DNA of 56,794 nucleotides from Acidimicrobiia bacterium (GTDB lineage: Bacteria; Actinomycetota; Acidimicrobiia; Spongiisociales; ZC4RG35). Below, piece after piece: positions 56,378 through 56,794 of this stretch. Under the pieces are notes generated by a model, which searched no databases, was not told where the DNA came from, and worked only from the letters and a program-made list of their open reading frames with translations. Where the stretch lies: assembly GCA_040905965.1 (NCBI GenBank), contig JBBDQP010000011.1, positions 1-56,794 of the forward strand. The letters run 5' to 3'. The position numbers and the translations under genes were made by a program. How positions within the stretch are numbered: position 1 is the first letter of the stretch; the number at the start of each line of letters is the position of its first letter.

Positions 56378-56555
56378 CCCTGCCCCGACGGCCGATCACC
56401 CGTCCGAGGTCGCCATTGGCGGTGCGAACCTCGGCGACGACATCGTCGGGGCCCTGCTCGACGAGTGTGACTTCGACTTCTTCAGGCTTGGAGACGATCT
56501 CTTTGACGAGGAACGTCACGACGTTCTCGACGATCTCACCTTTGGTATCAGTCAC
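56298..56555 (-). CDS. KH-domain RNA-binding protein (UPF0109/YlqC family)
   Basis: 85 aa. GRVIGRRGRVARAIRTV contains the GXXG KH motif. The GTG start overlaps the stop of the upstream gene (GTGA). It sits between rpsP and rimM, as is conserved. Confidence 0.85.
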   Translation of the reverse strand: MTDTKGEIVENVVTFLVKEIVSKPEEVEVTLVEQGPDDVVAEVRTANGDLGRVIGRRGRVARAIRTVAQAAADEEGLSAGVEFID

Positions 56556-56794
56556 TCTTCCTCCGCATCGTCGACGACATCTGCCTGGGCCTCGTCTGCG
56601 GTCGGCTCGGCGACTTCTGCAGCAGGAGCCTCGTCAACAGGAGCCTCGTCAGCCGCGACCTCGTCTACAGGAGCCTCATCAACAGGAGCCTCGTCAGCCG
56701 CGACCTCGTCTACAGGAGCCTCGTCAGCTGGGGCCTCATCAACAGGAGCCTCGTCAGCTGGGGCCTCATCAACAGGAGCCTCGTCAGCTGGGGC
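56552..56794 (-). CDS. rpsP: 3' end of a gene open at the right window edge. It is an acidic (V/A)DEAP-repeat tail, presumed to be a C-terminal extension of ribosomal protein S16.
   Basis: I translated the minus strand: APADEAPVDEAPADEAPVDEAPADEAPVDEVAADEAPVDEAPVDEVAADEAPVDEAPAAEVAEPTADEAQADVVDDAEEE, stop at 56552-56554. The identity as rpsP is inferred only from the conserved rpsP-KH-rimM-trmD order. Confidence 0.5.
   Translation of the reverse strand, partial: APADEAPVDEAPADEAPVDEAPADEAPVDEVAADEAPVDEAPVDEVAADEAPVDEAPAAEVAEPTADEAQADVVDDAEEE
56620..56794 (-). repeat. Coding 15-bp tandem repeat (aggagcctcgtca-NN units), continuing beyond the window
   Basis: There are at least 11 consecutive 15-bp units with variants caac / gccgcgacctcgtctac / gctggggcctcatcaac, including two identical 45-bp super-units. 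Confidence 0.9.

Overview
This is a visibly G+C-rich window, judged by eye rather than computed. It is almost entirely conserved core chromosome of an Actinomycetota-type genome. Three classic housekeeping blocks lie on the minus strand. Block 1 is rimP-nusA-infB-DUF503-rbfA-nrnA-truB-ribF-(ridA)-rpsO-pnp. Block 2 is ispG-M50 protease-dxr-cdsA-frr-pyrH-tsf-rpsB, followed by a WhiG/FliA-type sigma factor, xerC, dprA, yifB and yraN. Block 3 is lepB-rplS-trmD ... rimM-KH-(rpsP). This order matches what I remember of the Mycobacterium and Streptomyces gene order. The left 17 kb holds metabolic and membrane genes: an icmF fragment, a hybrid histidine kinase, a doubled ABC ATPase/permease set, plsC, an Fpg/Nei glycosylase, an MFS transporter, an SDR and ettA. 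It also holds a LexA-controlled imuA'-imuB mutagenesis pair. I found about 60 protein genes and no rRNA, tRNA or CRISPR array. Many long ORFs in the supplied track are antisense or out-of-frame shadows typical of high-GC DNA. Several track ORFs also start too far upstream, and I corrected those starts by reading start/stop overlaps (ATGA/GTGA) and N-terminal family motifs. I do not see a clear multi-gene novel defence-type system. The most interesting items are listed here. (1) An RNase HI fused in one ORF to a YpsA/DUF1273-like SLOG domain. (2) An IS110-family element with a roughly 300-nt 5' non-coding arm (a bridge-RNA candidate), sitting next to one copy of a ~63-bp G/C-hairpin repeat that also occurs unoccupied 9 kb away. 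(3) A second, AT-rich, ~57-bp inverted-repeat element family present three times, each copy butted against gene stop codons. (4) 15-bp (pentapeptide) tandem-repeat tails on PNPase and on the presumed S16 protein. (5) A 4.2-kb accessory insertion (IS110, two-component system, lipoprotein) that splits the normally contiguous rimM-trmD operon. All domain calls come from motif recognition by eye. None has been checked with HMM or BLAST searches.
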